Shown piece by piece: positions 8,894-17,795 of a stretch of DNA of 64,000 nt. The notes under the pieces were generated by a model, which was not told where the DNA came from, did not search any database, and worked only from the letters and a program-made list of their open reading frames with translations. Location of the stretch: the IMG/VR virus record IMGVR_UViG_3300047558_000238, positions 1 through 64,000 of that record; one strand, given 5' to 3'. This DNA comes from a virus. The first letter of the stretch is position 1; each line of letters begins with the position of its first letter. The position numbers were made by a program, and so were the translations under genes.

Positions 8894-11728
8894 ATGTCTG
8901 ACATCCTTCTTGCCCTTCTAGCTGCCGACGGTAACTCAGCCGCGGCTCGTAGAGCCCGCGTAGCGCTTCAGCCTCGAGACAAGTACGGCCGCTGGGTCAC
9001 TACTGGAGCTCGACTATTCGCTAGCCTAGACCTTGGCAATGGTGCCTTTGGTAAGGTAAAGGGCCGCGCTATTGGTGGTACTAATAAAAAGGGCGAAATC
9101 CGTATGCTCGTGGGCAAGGGCTACGAGAAGTTCGGCATCCCTGAGAACACTGTACTGACAGTTAAGTCAACTAACGGTGAGCTATTTGCTGCAACTCTTG
9201 ATGCAGACTTCCTAAAGAAGAAGGGTATCGACCCTAACCTAAAGCACGCGCTACCTAAGGCTCTAGAGAACCAGCCTCAGACTCTGGCTTCGATGGACCC
9301 TCAGCCAGCTGACGCGCTTGACATTGATCTTGCTACAAACGGTCTTAGCGACGCTGAAGACAAGGAGCTCCGTAAGGAGCGTGACCAGGAGCCTCTAGCT
9401 AAGCTCCCGCCTGCAATGGAAGTTGCAGAAGGTCAGCAGGTTAAGGACATCGTTGAGTCTGCAGAAGCTGGCACACCAACTCCTGAAGCAACTCCTGAGG
9501 CTGAGACTCCTGTAGAAAAAGCAACTCTAGCTCCTGCCAGTTCTGCAGATGACGCTATTGCAAATGCACTTGCCAAGGTAGCTCTAGGTTACGATGCTCC
9601 AAACCTTGACACTCTGATTCAGGCAGCTCAGACTCCTGGAGCTAAGCCTAAGCTAATCAACACATCAATCAAGGACATTAAGGCTGGAGATATTATTCAG
9701 CTAACCCCTGTTAAGGGCGCTCCACCGGTTGACTATCGAGTTGTAAGCAATGCTCCTAGAACTACGCTAAATGGCGATACTGTATACGACCTTAAGATTG
9801 ATGACAATGGTCGAGTAGCTACTGTAATGAAGAACGGTATTGGTCCTCAATACTCGATTGGTCGCTACGATATTCCAGCCAAGCCAGCCGCTGCTCCTGC
9901 AGCAACTGCGCCTGCTAAGTCAGCCAAGCCAGCCAAGCCAGCCAAGCCAGCCAAGCCAGCCAAGCCAGCTGCTAATGCCCCTGCAGCTCCAGCTGCTCCA
10001 GCGGCTCCTGCAGCTGACGGCTCAGCTGCACTCACTCCTAAGAAGAAGGTGACTACTGGAACAAAGAAGCCTAAGAATCAGGCAATCCAGGCAGCACTTG
10101 CTAAGGGCCGCAAGGACGATGGTAAGGACATTACTCCAGACCCACTAAAGGGTCTAGATGACTACCGCAATAAGATAATCACTCCACTCTTTGATGAGAA
10201 TGGAAAGCCACTTCTTACTGGTAAGAAGGATGACAAGGGCAACCCGATTGCAGTTGAAGATCCAGACGCAATTGTCAATGCCCTTCTTGAAGAGAACCCT
10301 CAGGCAAAGGTTGACAAGGATGGCGCAATCATCCTTGAGCGTGGAGACTACACAGACGCTGATGGCACTGCCTTCAAGTATGAGGTAGCTGTCCAGAAGA
10401 CCCACGACAACAAGTTCATGGAGCGATACAGCTTCATCAATGCTGCAACTGGTGATCGCCAGGACTTCTACCACTACGACTACAAGGATAGCTTCAAGGG
10501 TATCTACGGAGAAAAGAACGGTGTAATGGTCTTTAGAGACCAGCTACTTGGTAAGTCGACTCCTGGAAACCCTAACAGCCCTGAAATCCAGAAGTGGTTT
10601 GGAAAGTACACCTCGCTAGAGCGTCGTATTCGCTACTTCCGTAACAAGTCAGGTGTTGGCAAGCAGATCGATGACCAGACTCTTGCTGAAGCAAAGAACA
10701 TGAAGCTCCTCACTCCTGATGAGGTAATCCGTAAGTACCTACACGGTAGACCTAGAACCCTTAACCGCAACGGTACTGTTGACCAGAAGTTCCTACAAAG
10801 CTTCTGGGAAATCCTAGATCAGGATGCATCAGCAACTAACCCTCAGGCTCTTGAGGCAATGGTACAGCTACTAGGTAGACTACCTGACAATGACAACTCA
10901 AGAGGTCTACTGATCTCTAACCTGAGAAAGACTATTGCTACCCGCTATGCAGGTAAGCCTGGTGCTCAGAAGCTAGCAACATTTGCTAAGAACATCGAAG
11001 TTCAGATCATGAATGGTGACTTCGACCTTCGCGACATCCAGCGCCGCCCATGGGCATCGCGTGATGGTAGAACAATCATCGAGCGTGGCGACAAGGTTCG
11101 CTACTATAACAACGAAGGTGAGACTTCTGTCGGTACAGTTCTTGGCTTGAACCCTTCAGTAGCAGGGTATGACGACACTGTTCGTATTCGCTTTGCTAAC
11201 GGAGTTGTATCTAACATTCTTGCAGCTAAGTACTTGGACCGTTTGACTGGCACTGATGAGGAAGATACTCCAGCATCTAAGTACATACCATCACTGAGAG
11301 GCGATGCTATGCGTGCTGCCCGTGGTGTTGTAGTCACACCAGGAGCACCTGCAGGTAAGGCTAAGTCTGAGAGAAATAGCAGCAACCCTAGCGTTGACTT
11401 TGGAGATAAGTCGAGACAGCAGGATGACGGCACTGATGGTCAGTCTTCTGACGTAGCAGATCCATACCTAGGAAACTCCGGTGCACCTGCTGATCAGGCT
11501 CCTGCCGCAGATGCCACTCCAGCAGCTCCAGTCGGAAACGTAGTACTGCTAGACACTGGAGACGCCTTCTATGGTCCTGATGGTAGCTACCTAGGTACAG
11601 TTGTAGAGACCATTGAAGTTGAAGCTAAGGATGGCGGAGAGCCTGGACTAGCTGTCTACTACATGGATGAAAATGGCGACGAGCACTACGACGTTCTAGA
11701 GAAGAGCGAGAACCGCGGCCCAAAATAA
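8894..11728 (+). CDS. Large putative internal head protein; short form of a -1 frameshift fusion
   Basis: SD GAGGA, N-terminal QPRDKYGRWV motif, Pro/Ala linkers; ends C CCA AAA TAA. Confidence 0.8.
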   Translation: MSDILLALLAADGNSAAARRARVALQPRDKYGRWVTTGARLFASLDLGNGAFGKVKGRAIGGTNKKGEIRMLVGKGYEKFGIPENTVLTVKSTNGELFAATLDADFLKKKGIDPNLKHALPKALENQPQTLASMDPQPADALDIDLATNGLSDAEDKELRKERDQEPLAKLPPAMEVAEGQQVKDIVESAEAGTPTPEATPEAETPVEKATLAPASSADDAIANALAKVALGYDAPNLDTLIQAAQTPGAKPKLINTSIKDIKAGDIIQLTPVKGAPPVDYRVVSNAPRTTLNGDTVYDLKIDDNGRVATVMKNGIGPQYSIGRYDIPAKPAAAPAATAPAKSAKPAKPAKPAKPAKPAANAPAAPAAPAAPAADGSAALTPKKKVTTGTKKPKNQAIQAALAKGRKDDGKDITPDPLKGLDDYRNKIITPLFDENGKPLLTGKKDDKGNPIAVEDPDAIVNALLEENPQAKVDKDGAIILERGDYTDADGTAFKYEVAVQKTHDNKFMERYSFINAATGDRQDFYHYDYKDSFKGIYGEKNGVMVFRDQLLGKSTPGNPNSPEIQKWFGKYTSLERRIRYFRNKSGVGKQIDDQTLAEAKNMKLLTPDEVIRKYLHGRPRTLNRNGTVDQKFLQSFWEILDQDASATNPQALEAMVQLLGRLPDNDNSRGLLISNLRKTIATRYAGKPGAQKLATFAKNIEVQIMNGDFDLRDIQRRPWASRDGRTIIERGDKVRYYNNEGETSVGTVLGLNPSVAGYDDTVRIRFANGVVSNILAAKYLDRLTGTDEEDTPASKYIPSLRGDAMRAARGVVVTPGAPAGKAKSERNSSNPSVDFGDKSRQQDDGTDGQSSDVADPYLGNSGAPADQAPAADATPAAPVGNVVLLDTGDAFYGPDGSYLGTVVETIEVEAKDGGEPGLAVYYMDENGDEHYDVLEKSENRGPK
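9921..9969 (+). repeat. 9-nt tandem repeat (CAGCCAAGC x5) encoding a PAK linker
   Basis: Seen directly in the sequence. Confidence 0.9.
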
Positions 11729-11773
11729 ATAGGGCTGCGGTACCGTCGACTCCAAACGACGGAACTTCAGCCC
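11719..11773 (+). promoter_or_regulatory. Programmed -1 frameshift signal (CCCAAAA plus hairpin)
   Basis: In-frame C CCA AAA, 6-nt spacer, GGGCTG/CAGCCC and CCGTCG/CGACGG stem; -1 frame open to 14733. Confidence 0.8.
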
Positions 11774-14733
11774 AGGCTCCTGCGGCAACTGTTAAGAGCA
11801 CTAGCGGTCGTGAGTTTGATACTAGTGCACTACGCGCACCTAGAAAAGTAGGTCCAGGTAGACCACCAAAGGTCATTAACCCACCTGATATGAAGCCACT
11901 TGAAGACCTCAAGAAGGCTATCTATGACAGCATTCCTGGAAACCATGACTCAGACAAGTTGAATAATCTTATCGATGCAGCAAAGGCTGCTCGAGAGGGT
12001 AACGATGAGCCAGCATATGTTAAGGCACTATTAGACCTAACTACCTTCCACAAGGATAGTTTTGCCGATGACGAGACGTACACTCCTCTCTCAGTTAAGG
12101 GCGACTCTTTCCTAGAGAAGAAGAGCGTGGCAATCATCACCGCCAGAACTCAGAAGTACGCTAGATCAGGTAACAAGCCTCAGACTGTAGCGGACGTACT
12201 AAAAGAGTCAGAGCGTTCACTGCGTAACAGACTGCCAAATATTTCGGCACTATTCGCAACCCATACTGGATGGGATGTCATCGGTCCTAGCCGTGAATCG
12301 CAGCGCCTCCAGGCCGAGTTCTCTGAGATCTACAAGAAGCTAGGAGCTTCAGACTCAGAGGCGTCATACAAGGCAATGACTAGCACCACTAAGGAGCTAA
12401 ACCGTCGCCGTGATGATGTTAACGCTGCAGTAATCACCGTTAAGAATGCTGGATCGAACAACGAAATCTATGTCCACATGGATGCAGACTCGTACGACCC
12501 AACTGACCCTAATGCTGGCTACATGCCTAAGGCTACTCAGGCTGACATCGACAATACAATCGACGCCATGAGAACTGCCACTAAGGGTGGTCTGTTCAAG
12601 GACCGCGTAGTAGTTCACTTATTGCCAGAAGCCTACAAAGTACCTAATTCAGACGGCTCTAGTGAGAAGAATACAGCAGCTTTTACCTATGACGGCTCTG
12701 ATCACATCTTTGCATTCGTAGATCGAATTAACGCACTTCCTGGCTCTACAGCAGCTCCAGCTGATTGGTGGTCAACAGATATTGTTGACTCTAAGACAGC
12801 ATATGGTCACATCATTTCGCACGAAGTTGGTCACCTACTAAAGAACAAGCTATATGGTGCCAAGAGCGGTAAGTCAGAGACTGACTTCAATACTGATGTT
12901 GAAAACTTCTCTGCTGGAAAGTACACTCCTGTAGCTACCCCTGAAGCTGCAACCTCTAAGAGCTCAATAAACATTGACCCTGTAGCTGATCTAGGTATCG
13001 ATACTGACGGCATTGTAAAATCTAAGACCACTGCTGGCTCGGACCTATCAGGCCAGACATTGACTAGACAGCTGGGCTCTAACCCAGGCGGGTTTACAAC
13101 TGACCCTACTACTGGCGAGACAGTCTACGTTAAGGTGCAAAAGAGCGAGCTACATGCTCAGAATGAGACTCTAGCTGCAGCATTCTATGCTAAAGCTGGT
13201 CTGATGTCTGCCGATACTCGACTAGGCACTAAAGATGGTCAGGTAATTACTTACGCACCGAATATCCCTAACGCTCAGACTGGTATCGACTATAGCGATA
13301 AGGGCTTCATCGAGAAGCTACAGAAGGGCTATGCAATGGACGCTCTTCTAGCTAACTGGGATAGCATGGCAAACGATGCCAATATCATGCGCGACATGAG
13401 CGGTAATCCTATCTGGATTGACCCAGGCGGCTCGCTACTGTTCAGAGCTCAGGGTGCTCGTAAGACCAACTTTGGTGATACTGTATCTGAACTTGACAGC
13501 CTAATCACTTCTACTTCTACTGGAACTAGAGTGTATGGTTCGATGACACCTCAGCAGAAGACTGACAGTGCAAAGCTAGTACAGCAGATTACTCATGCTG
13601 ATATCGACATTCTAGTTAATGGAATCATTACAGATCCAGTTGAAGCCAAGCGCCTGAGAGATACTCTCAAGAACCGTCGAGACTATATCCTTAAGCGTTT
13701 CAACCTAGAACTAGATCTAGATAAGGCGAGAGCAGATGCTCATGCTAGAAGTAACCAAGCTACTCCGACGAAGACTTCCACTAAGCTAGGAACCCCTAGC
13801 GGCAAGCCAGAACCAGTGAGCGGCCGTGGCACTGAAGACTTTGACGAGAACTTCGCCGAGCTGTATGCAAGATTTGTTCAAACTGATGATGAAGTTCCTC
13901 AGTGGTTTGTTGATCTTCTTGCAAGCCACGGCATCTCGAAGAGAACTGCTAGTAAGCTGTGGAGAGCTAACCACTCTGCAGAGGTACAGCACCTTCATGA
14001 TCAAATTGACAAGATGCTAGACCCTACCTTCCTCGGTGAGTTTAGCCAGCTTCGCGCTCAGAACCCTGGCATGCGTCAAAGTATTTATGGTCAAATGATT
14101 GCAAAGCTAAATGGCACCGATGGCGAAAAGCCAGAAGTAGTCAAGACACTAGACTCTAAGAAAGCTACAGTCTATCGTGGAGTTCACTCGGATAGTCATA
14201 GAAGAGGTAGCGCTGCTGCTAAGGCAGAGGTTGCTAAATTTAGAGATGAGTTTATAAATGGACTCATAGCTTATATGTCTAATACGACTGTGTACGGTAG
14301 CGGAACCTACTCCTCTACAAATAAGTCAACATCTCTGAGCTACTCCAATGGCGAGTCAGATCATGACCACCTATGGCAGATGAACATTAAGCCAGGTGCA
14401 AAGCTAGTAACATATGGTGGCCAGAGCAATATCGATCCAACGTTCCCGGACTTTACAGGAACCATCGATACCCTCAAGCGCAGCATGAAGTCGACACTCG
14501 CAGAGCGCGTTCAAAACGAGATGTTCCCCGACCTTGACACTACTGACCCTCAGGTAGTAGCCGAGGTGGACCGTCTTATGAAGGAGCTTCCACTAAGTGT
14601 TGGTGACTCTACCTCTAATATTGCTGGACTATTGGGCTATGATGGGGTAGAGTTGGTCATGGGCCGAGAAAGCTATGTGATTTACTTCAACCGAGGTATC
14701 TTCCAGATCCTTGACCCAGGGACAACCCCGTAG
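11725..14733 (+). CDS. Multi-domain effector: zinc metallopeptidase + HipA/PI3K-like kinase + ADP-ribosyltransferase-like; probable frameshift extension of 8894
   Basis: HEVGH...ENFAE; LGSNPGG/VYVK/NE/NWD..N/IDPG; VYRG..YGSGTYSS..GYDGV. Frame is open from the slippery site, upstream of the 11890 ATG. Confidence 0.7.
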   Translation: MNRAAVPSTPNDGTSAQAPAATVKSTSGREFDTSALRAPRKVGPGRPPKVINPPDMKPLEDLKKAIYDSIPGNHDSDKLNNLIDAAKAAREGNDEPAYVKALLDLTTFHKDSFADDETYTPLSVKGDSFLEKKSVAIITARTQKYARSGNKPQTVADVLKESERSLRNRLPNISALFATHTGWDVIGPSRESQRLQAEFSEIYKKLGASDSEASYKAMTSTTKELNRRRDDVNAAVITVKNAGSNNEIYVHMDADSYDPTDPNAGYMPKATQADIDNTIDAMRTATKGGLFKDRVVVHLLPEAYKVPNSDGSSEKNTAAFTYDGSDHIFAFVDRINALPGSTAAPADWWSTDIVDSKTAYGHIISHEVGHLLKNKLYGAKSGKSETDFNTDVENFSAGKYTPVATPEAATSKSSINIDPVADLGIDTDGIVKSKTTAGSDLSGQTLTRQLGSNPGGFTTDPTTGETVYVKVQKSELHAQNETLAAAFYAKAGLMSADTRLGTKDGQVITYAPNIPNAQTGIDYSDKGFIEKLQKGYAMDALLANWDSMANDANIMRDMSGNPIWIDPGGSLLFRAQGARKTNFGDTVSELDSLITSTSTGTRVYGSMTPQQKTDSAKLVQQITHADIDILVNGIITDPVEAKRLRDTLKNRRDYILKRFNLELDLDKARADAHARSNQATPTKTSTKLGTPSGKPEPVSGRGTEDFDENFAELYARFVQTDDEVPQWFVDLLASHGISKRTASKLWRANHSAEVQHLHDQIDKMLDPTFLGEFSQLRAQNPGMRQSIYGQMIAKLNGTDGEKPEVVKTLDSKKATVYRGVHSDSHRRGSAAAKAEVAKFRDEFINGLIAYMSNTTVYGSGTYSSTNKSTSLSYSNGESDHDHLWQMNIKPGAKLVTYGGQSNIDPTFPDFTGTIDTLKRSMKSTLAERVQNEMFPDLDTTDPQVVAEVDRLMKELPLSVGDSTSNIAGLLGYDGVELVMGRESYVIYFNRGIFQILDPGTTP

Positions 14734-14743
14734 GAGATAAATT

Positions 14744-15031
14744 ATGATATTGACTAGCAAAATTACAGTAGACCAGAGACTAGGTCTGGTCTACAACAAT
14801 GCTCTGGACTCAGACTACTACAGTAGAGACGGCCTCACCTGGGATGAGACTGCTGATGCTCCCGAGTATTCATTTACCTCTTACGATTTCAAAGTGTCGA
14901 TTGGCGATGCTATTAGAACTATTGACCCTTTTGGGTATAGCCTAAAGGGGCTGCCAAACGAAGTCTTGCAGTGGGTAGATCGAGTAGAAAAGCGTATGGC
15001 TGCTTCGATAGAGGAGTCTGCTGATGCCTAA
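14744..15031 (+). CDS. Small acidic hypothetical protein
   Basis: SD AGGAG directly after the effector gene. Confidence 0.6.
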   Translation: MILTSKITVDQRLGLVYNNALDSDYYSRDGLTWDETADAPEYSFTSYDFKVSIGDAIRTIDPFGYSLKGLPNEVLQWVDRVEKRMAASIEESADA

Positions 15032-15227
15032 CCTAGAGAGAAACTTTAGAACCAAGTTCTCGTACACACTAGACACTACTGATGAAAACGGACCTGTCAA
15101 GGGTGAGATAGACTTAACTCAGATGACTGATGAGGAACTTTCTGGGCTCCTCTTCGCTATTCCTGAGGTAACTTCCGAGATTGTCTTCAGGGAACTAAGC
15201 AAAAAAGTAAATAACACTAACGAATAA
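15024..15227 (+). CDS. Small hypothetical protein
   Basis: SD GAGGAG; overlapping start. Confidence 0.6.
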   Translation: MPNLERNFRTKFSYTLDTTDENGPVKGEIDLTQMTDEELSGLLFAIPEVTSEIVFRELSKKVNNTNE

Positions 15228-15288
15228 TAATGGTAAAATAGACTAATTAGCCATGTATTAGATACGTTTCTGCGCAGAAAGAGTAAAA

Positions 15289-15654
15289 ATGGCACAGCCT
15301 AAAAGCAGCATTGTAGACATCTGGTTCTACGTCAACCCTGAAACTGAAACAATCGATGGGGTTTACTGCTTCTCTCTACTTGGCATCACCAAGCGCCAAG
15401 ACAGCAGCTGGATGCCAGTAACTCGCGAAGAGAGTGGCATTAATGACCTCTCGGGTGACGATGTTTATCAGTTTGATTGGGACTCTGATACTTCAGTTAT
15501 GACTGAAGACTTTGACTTCGACAGCTACGACGCAACCACCCCCGAGCCTGTAAAGCTATATGACAACGGGTCATTGACTCTAGAAGAGTTGCAGAACACT
15601 TCTGACCTAGTTATGAGTGGGTCCAGCGAAGCAGACGAGCTTCCTAACGAGTAA
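15289..15654 (+). CDS. Acidic hypothetical protein
   Basis: ORF after the GGTAAAAT copy at 15232. Confidence 0.65.
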   Translation: MAQPKSSIVDIWFYVNPETETIDGVYCFSLLGITKRQDSSWMPVTREESGINDLSGDDVYQFDWDSDTSVMTEDFDFDSYDATTPEPVKLYDNGSLTLEELQNTSDLVMSGSSEADELPNE

Positions 15655-15662
15655 GGTACACC

Positions 15663-17795
15663 ATGAACTTCTTGGGCTCTTCCGAGAGATTTGCACTTTT
15701 TTCCCTCGATGGATACACGGTAGCTGTAGATATCGAGGCTAATGCAATTGCAGAGGTCACCAGCTCTGCAGTTTTAGCATCCCTAGAAGGATCCCTAAGC
15801 AAGGAAGAAGTTAGCGAAGCTGTCGCTAATACCGCTAGACAGGCACTAGAGTCCGTCATTGCCGCAGCGAATGAGACAGACCGCATGTACACTATCCCCG
15901 GTGGGGTTCAGGCAGAAGCTAAGAAAGCACTAGCTTGGCGCAAGGAACACCGTCGCGGTGGAACTCCTGTAGGCATTAATACTGCCCGCACTCTTGCAAA
16001 GGGTGGCCAGATTGGCATCAAGAAGATTCGCCACATTGCCAAGTATTTCCCTCGTCACGAGGTGGATAAGCAGGGCAAGGGCTGGAAGCCTGGAACATCT
16101 GCATTCCCGTCAAATGGCCGCATCGCCTGGGCACTTTGGGGTGGAGATGCCGCATGGCGCTGGGCAGAAGCTATCGTAGAGCGCGAGAATAAGAAGGTGC
16201 TCACTGCTAGTGGCTACGATACCGTCGAGCTAACATCCGTAGATAGCCCTTCATACTCATCTGAAGTTAGCCCTTTCAAGATTGCTCATGAACTAGACAT
16301 CAATGCTGGTCCAGAATTTATGGCTAGAGTCCGCATGGATGGTTCTGGGATCGATCGACTCTACAAGATTGATATCGATGGTCGTGTATTTGTCTGGGAC
16401 GACTGCGGCTGGGACACTCTAGGCCACGTTGATGGCGATGTTTATACCTACGATGCTGCACTAGATGATCCGTACGACATGGTCGAAAAAGATTATGTGA
16501 TTATTGATCCTAGTTCGGCAGTAATTATTTCTGCATTTATGCAGGAGCGCCCATTCCAGCCAGTATCTATCGATGAGATTGACCCAGAAGAGGCATCAAT
16601 CGTATACGACGGGCTAGCTGACGAGGACTTCACGCTAGTGGATCGAGTTCTTCTTGCTGCTGGCCCTGCAGGGTCTGCTTCAGATGCTCCAACCTCAGAT
16701 GGTCAGTACACTCCTGAAGAGCGAGCTAAGAATGTTAAGGCTCAGCCTAGAGATGCTCGCGGTCTATTTGTCAAGGTAGGTGCTAGAACTATAGTTGGCG
16801 GTGACCCAGTACGCGGTCAGGGAACTATCTCAGCTATCAATGAGGATAAAGGCACTGTATCAGTACGTCTAGACAATGGTAGAACTGTAGAAGTTGACCC
16901 TAAGCACACTAAGGCTCCAGGTCTAGGCCTTAAGAGCGGGCAGAACTTAGTGCCTAGCCAGGAAGACTATCCACTAGATATGTCTGGCATTATTGGTGAG
17001 CCTAGAACTCCACACAACCAGCCAAAGGCGCATCTGCCTGGCACCTTAAAGCCTCTAACCGACAAAGAGATCAACCTTATGGTCTCAAACTTCCCTAAGT
17101 ATGTCCAGCAGATGCGTGCATCATACAAGGCAAAGGATGCAGCAGACAAGGCTAGAGTCCAAAAGAAGTGGGGCAAGGATGTCGGAAGCGACTTCAGCAT
17201 CACTGCTGCTGCCACTGAAGAAGAGGCTCTAACCCCTAAGACTTCAGATGTCCCTGCGAAATACCTAGCAATCGTATCGCCAGACGATAAGTCAGCTGTA
17301 ATGGATGTTGTTGCAATTGTCCCTAAGACTGTGACTACCACTGAGCCAATGCTATATGAGCGCAAAGATGGCAAGTGGGTAGCCAACGAGCAGATTCTAG
17401 GTGACCTAAAGTCAGCAACCCCACCTCCAGTAGTTGAGCTGGACGAGAAGGAGGTACTAAATGATGTACTCCTTCAGGTGGACGATAAGGTAGGCGTAAC
17501 TGCTTCAGCTAACTTAGACTTCAGCCAGTTCTGGAGCACTGTAGTCGAGCCTCTTCTTTCAGCAGGCGGTCTAGATCACAACCGTGGCAACGCAGAAAAG
17601 CTTCGCCGCTACTGGGTCCACGGAGAAGGCGCTGCCAAGATTCGTTGGGGTCAGCCAGGTGACTGGAAGCGCTGCGTTAAGCATCTATATAAGTACATTG
17701 GTCCAAGAGCTAAGGGCTATTGCCAGCTTCGTCACAAGGAAGCTCTAGGCTACTACACCTCAACACACGCTAAAAAGGATCGCAATAATGGCTAA
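15663..17795 (+). CDS. Multi-domain head-associated protein
   Basis: IAWALWGGDAA domain, QPRDARGLFV motif, C-terminal domain duplicated in the next gene. Confidence 0.75.
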   Translation: MNFLGSSERFALFSLDGYTVAVDIEANAIAEVTSSAVLASLEGSLSKEEVSEAVANTARQALESVIAAANETDRMYTIPGGVQAEAKKALAWRKEHRRGGTPVGINTARTLAKGGQIGIKKIRHIAKYFPRHEVDKQGKGWKPGTSAFPSNGRIAWALWGGDAAWRWAEAIVERENKKVLTASGYDTVELTSVDSPSYSSEVSPFKIAHELDINAGPEFMARVRMDGSGIDRLYKIDIDGRVFVWDDCGWDTLGHVDGDVYTYDAALDDPYDMVEKDYVIIDPSSAVIISAFMQERPFQPVSIDEIDPEEASIVYDGLADEDFTLVDRVLLAAGPAGSASDAPTSDGQYTPEERAKNVKAQPRDARGLFVKVGARTIVGGDPVRGQGTISAINEDKGTVSVRLDNGRTVEVDPKHTKAPGLGLKSGQNLVPSQEDYPLDMSGIIGEPRTPHNQPKAHLPGTLKPLTDKEINLMVSNFPKYVQQMRASYKAKDAADKARVQKKWGKDVGSDFSITAAATEEEALTPKTSDVPAKYLAIVSPDDKSAVMDVVAIVPKTVTTTEPMLYERKDGKWVANEQILGDLKSATPPPVVELDEKEVLNDVLLQVDDKVGVTASANLDFSQFWSTVVEPLLSAGGLDHNRGNAEKLRRYWVHGEGAAKIRWGQPGDWKRCVKHLYKYIGPRAKGYCQLRHKEALGYYTSTHAKKDRNNG

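Noticed and set aside
11890-11892. ATG 11890 as an independent gene start
   Set aside because: No clear SD, and the frame is open back to the slippery site; the fusion is better supported, though internal initiation is not excluded.
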